The notes beneath the pieces are model-generated. The model made no database searches and was not told where the DNA came from. It saw only the letters and a list, made by a program, of their open reading frames with translations. DNA of 13,667 bases from IMG/VR virus record IMGVR_UViG_2529292831_000008; one strand, written 5' to 3'. A program made the translations under genes and the position numbers. Position 1 is the stretch's first letter. Each line of letters begins with the position of its first letter. Shown here piece by piece: positions 11,353-13,667 of the stretch. The DNA comes from a virus (taxonomy: Duplodnaviria; Heunggongvirae; Uroviricota; Caudoviricetes).

Positions 11353-11678
11353 AGACCTTCCGCTGGAAAGTGAAACCCGGTATGGATGTGGCTTCGGTCC
11401 CTTCTGTAAGAAAGGTGCGCTTTGGTGATGGCTATTCCCAGCGAGCGCCTGCCGGGCTGAATGCCAACCTGAAAACGTACAGCGTGACGCTTTCTGTCCC
11501 CCGTGAGGAGGCCACGGTACTGGAGTCGTTTCTGGAAGAGCACGGGGGCTGGAAATCCTTTCTGTGGACGCCGCCTTATGAGTGGCGGCAGATAAAGGTG
11601 ACCTGCGCAAAATGGTCGTCGCGGGTCAGTATGCTGCGTGTTGAGTTCAGCGCAGAGTTTGAACAGGTGGTGAACTGA
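11349..11678 (+). CDS. M: Tail tip assembly protein gpM
   Basis: 109-aa ORF MKTFRWKVKPGMDVASVPSVRKVRFGDGYSQRAPAGLNANLKTYSVTLSVPREEATVLESFLEEHGGWKSF...; start overlaps the H stop (ATGA); matches lambda gpM. Confidence 0.9.
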   Translation: MKTFRWKVKPGMDVASVPSVRKVRFGDGYSQRAPAGLNANLKTYSVTLSVPREEATVLESFLEEHGGWKSFLWTPPYEWRQIKVTCAKWSSRVSMLRVEFSAEFEQVVN

Positions 11679-12376
11679 TGCAGGATATCCGGCAGGAAAC
11701 ACTGAATGAATGCACCCGTGCGGAGCAGTCGGCCAGCGTGGTGCTCTGGGAAATCGACCTGACAGAGGTCGGTGGAGAACGTTATTTTTTCTGTAATGAG
11801 CAGAACGAAAAAGGTGAGCCGGTCACCTGGCAGGGGCGACAGTATCAGCCGTATCCCATTCAGGGGAGCGGTTTTGAACTGAATGGCAAAGGCACCAGTA
11901 CGCGCCCCACGCTGACGGTTTCTAACCTGTACGGTATGGTCACCGGGATGGCGGAAGATATGCAGAGTCTGGTCGGCGGAACGGTGGTCCGGCGTAAGGT
12001 TTACGCCCGTTTTCTGGATGCGGTGAACTTCGTCAACGGAAACAGTTATGCCGATCCGGAGCAGGAGGTGATCAGCCGCTGGCGCATTGAGCAGTGCAGC
12101 GAACTGAGCGCGGTGAGTGCCTCCTTTGTACTGTCCACGCCGACGGAAACGGATGGCGCTGTTTTTCCGGGACGTATCATGCTGGCCAACACCTGCACCT
12201 GGACCTATCGCGGTGACGAGTGCGGTTATAGCGGTCCGGCTGTCGCGGATGAATATGACCAGCCAACGTCCGATATCACGAAGGATAAATGCAGCAAATG
12301 CCTGAGCGGTTGTAAGTTCCGCAATAACGTCGGCAACTTTGGCGGCTTCCTTTCCATTAACAAACTTTCGCAGTAA
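11678..12376 (+). CDS. L: Tail tip protein gpL (C-terminal cysteine cluster)
   Basis: 232-aa ORF; start overlaps the M stop (TGATG at 11675..11680); C-terminal region carries clustered cysteines (CTWTYRGDECGYSG...KDKCSKCLSGCKF) consistent with the Fe-S site reported for lambda gpL. Confidence 0.9.
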   Translation: MQDIRQETLNECTRAEQSASVVLWEIDLTEVGGERYFFCNEQNEKGEPVTWQGRQYQPYPIQGSGFELNGKGTSTRPTLTVSNLYGMVTGMAEDMQSLVGGTVVRRKVYARFLDAVNFVNGNSYADPEQEVISRWRIEQCSELSAVSASFVLSTPTETDGAVFPGRIMLANTCTWTYRGDECGYSGPAVADEYDQPTSDITKDKCSKCLSGCKFRNNVGNFGGFLSINKLSQ

Positions 12377-12381
12377 ATCCC

Positions 12382-13125
12382 ATGACACAGACAGAATCAG
12401 CGATTCTGGCGCACGCCCGGCGATGTGCGCCAGCGGAGTCGTGCGGCTTCGTGGTAAGCACGCCGGAGGGGGAAAGATATTTCCCCTGCGCGAATATCTC
12501 CGGTGAGCCGGAGGCGTATTTCCGTATGTCGCCGGAAGACTGGCTGCAGGCAGAAATGCAGGGTGAGATTGTGGCGCTGGTCCACAGCCACCCCGGTGGT
12601 CTGCCCTGGCTGAGTGAGGCCGACCGGCGGCTGCAGGTGCAGAGTGATTTGCCGTGGTGGCTGGTCTGCCGGGGGACGATTCATAAGTTCCGCTGTGTGC
12701 CGCATCTCACCGGGCGGCGCTTTGAGCACGGTGTGACGGACTGTTACACACTGTTCCGGGATGCTTATCATCTGGCGGGGATTGAGATGCCGGATTTTTA
12801 TCGCGGGGATGACTGGTGGCGTCACGGTCAGAATCTCTATCTTGACAATATGGAGGCGACTGGTTTTTACCGTGTCCCACTGACAGAGGCGCAGCCTGGC
12901 GATGTGCTGCTGTGCTGCTTTGGTTCATCGGTGCCGAATCATGCCGCCATTTACTGCGGCGACGGTGAGCTGCTGCACCATATTCCTGAACAACTGAGTA
13001 AACGAGAGAGGTATACCGACAAATGGCAGCGACGCACACACTCCCTCTGGCGTCACCGGGAATGGCACGCATCTGCCTTTACGGGGATTTGCAACGATTT
13101 GGCCGCCGCATCGACCTTCGTGTGA
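12382..13125 (+). CDS. K: Tail tip assembly protein gpK (JAMM/MPN+ metalloprotease-like plus NlpC/P60-like domains)
   Basis: 247-aa ORF. JAMM motif H68-x-H70-x7-S78-x2-D81 (VHSHPGGLPWLSEAD, nt 12583..12624) seen directly; C-terminal half has a Cys/His pattern (GVTDCYTLF ... NHAAIY) consistent with NlpC/P60 papain-like fold. Matches lambda K; older lambda annotation used a shorter 199-aa start. Confidence 0.88.
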   Translation: MTQTESAILAHARRCAPAESCGFVVSTPEGERYFPCANISGEPEAYFRMSPEDWLQAEMQGEIVALVHSHPGGLPWLSEADRRLQVQSDLPWWLVCRGTIHKFRCVPHLTGRRFEHGVTDCYTLFRDAYHLAGIEMPDFYRGDDWWRHGQNLYLDNMEATGFYRVPLTEAQPGDVLLCCFGSSVPNHAAIYCGDGELLHHIPEQLSKRERYTDKWQRRTHSLWRHREWHASAFTGICNDLAAASTFV

Positions 13126-13664
13126 AAACGGGGGCCGAAGCCATCCGGGCGCTGGCCATGCAGATCCCGGCGTTTCGTCAGAAGCTGAGCGACGGCTGGT
13201 ATCAGGTACGCATTGCCGGGCGTGATGCAGGTGAAACCGAATTGTCTGCCCGTCTTAATGAGCCGCTGGAAAATGGTGCCGTGATCCATATCGTGCCGCG
13301 TCTGGCAGGAGCCAAAAGTGGCGGTGTGTTTCAGGCTGTGCTGGGGGCGGCTGTTATGGCGGTTGCTATATGGATGCCGGGGGTAGGAATTATGGCGAGT
13401 AATCTGCTGTTTTCTCTCGGTGCCAGTATGGTGCTCGGTGGTGTGGCGCAGATGCTGGCACCGAAAGCCAGAACTCCCCGTACACAGACAACGGATAACG
13501 GCAAACAGAACACCTATTTCTCCTCACTGGATAACATGGTTGCCCAGGGCAATGTTCTGCCTGTTCTGTACGGTGAAATGCGCGTGGGGTCACGTGTGGT
13601 TTCTCAGGAGATCAGCACGGCAGACGAAGGGGATGGTGGTCAGGTTGTGGTGATTGGTCGCTGA
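13023..13664 (+). CDS. I: Tail tip assembly protein gpI
   Basis: 213-aa ORF overlapping the 3' end of K by 103 nt in another frame; N-terminus MAATHTLPLASPGMARICLYGDLQRFGRRIDLRVKTGAEAIRAL and C-terminus ...YGEMRVGSRVVSQEISTADEGDGGQVVVIGR match lambda gpI as recalled (223 aa); hydrophobic Gly/Ala-rich central segment. Confidence 0.85.
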   Translation: MAATHTLPLASPGMARICLYGDLQRFGRRIDLRVKTGAEAIRALAMQIPAFRQKLSDGWYQVRIAGRDAGETELSARLNEPLENGAVIHIVPRLAGAKSGGVFQAVLGAAVMAVAIWMPGVGIMASNLLFSLGASMVLGGVAQMLAPKARTPRTQTTDNGKQNTYFSSLDNMVAQGNVLPVLYGEMRVGSRVVSQEISTADEGDGGQVVVIGR

Positions 13665-13667
13665 TGC

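Noticed and set aside
10443-11610. Minus-strand ORFs (172 and 221 aa) antisense to H
   Set aside because: Embedded in the tape measure gene; Ala/Ser/Arg/Pro-rich translations characteristic of antisense artefacts.
11576-12388. 270-aa minus-strand ORF antisense to L and M
   Set aside because: Fully embedded antisense to conserved tail-tip genes; no Shine-Dalgarno; composition typical of antisense reading of high-GC coding DNA.
13664-13667. Possible start of tail fiber gene J (ATG at 13664..13666)
   Set aside because: Only 4 nt remain in the window; plausible by synteny but cannot be supported from the sequence shown.

Overview
This window is the late (head and tail morphogenesis) module of a lambda-like siphovirus prophage, essentially colinear with coliphage lambda and all on the + strand: A (C-terminal part only), W, B, C with nested Nu3, D, E, FI, FII, Z, U, V, G/G-T (-1 frameshift), H, M, L, K, I. 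Gene identities rest on the provided translations matching lambda proteins as I recall them, plus visible motifs (JAMM and NlpC/P60 in K, Cys cluster in L, Ig-like tail of V, GGGAAAG slippery site in G). Genes are tightly packed with overlapping stop/start codons; there are no inserted morons, RNA genes or CRISPR arrays. I do not see a novel defence or accessory system here. The one structural anomaly is the first ~250 bp: lambda-A-like sequence begins abruptly near 253, all three + frames have stops upstream, and a leftward ORF with a helix-turn-helix-like N-terminus runs off the window start. That suggests the terminase large subunit is 5'-truncated and the prophage is probably packaging-defective. 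Other observations are short hairpins after D and after E, non-ATG starts, and small length differences from lambda in FI, H and I. No similarity search was possible, so all family assignments are from memory and sequence inspection.
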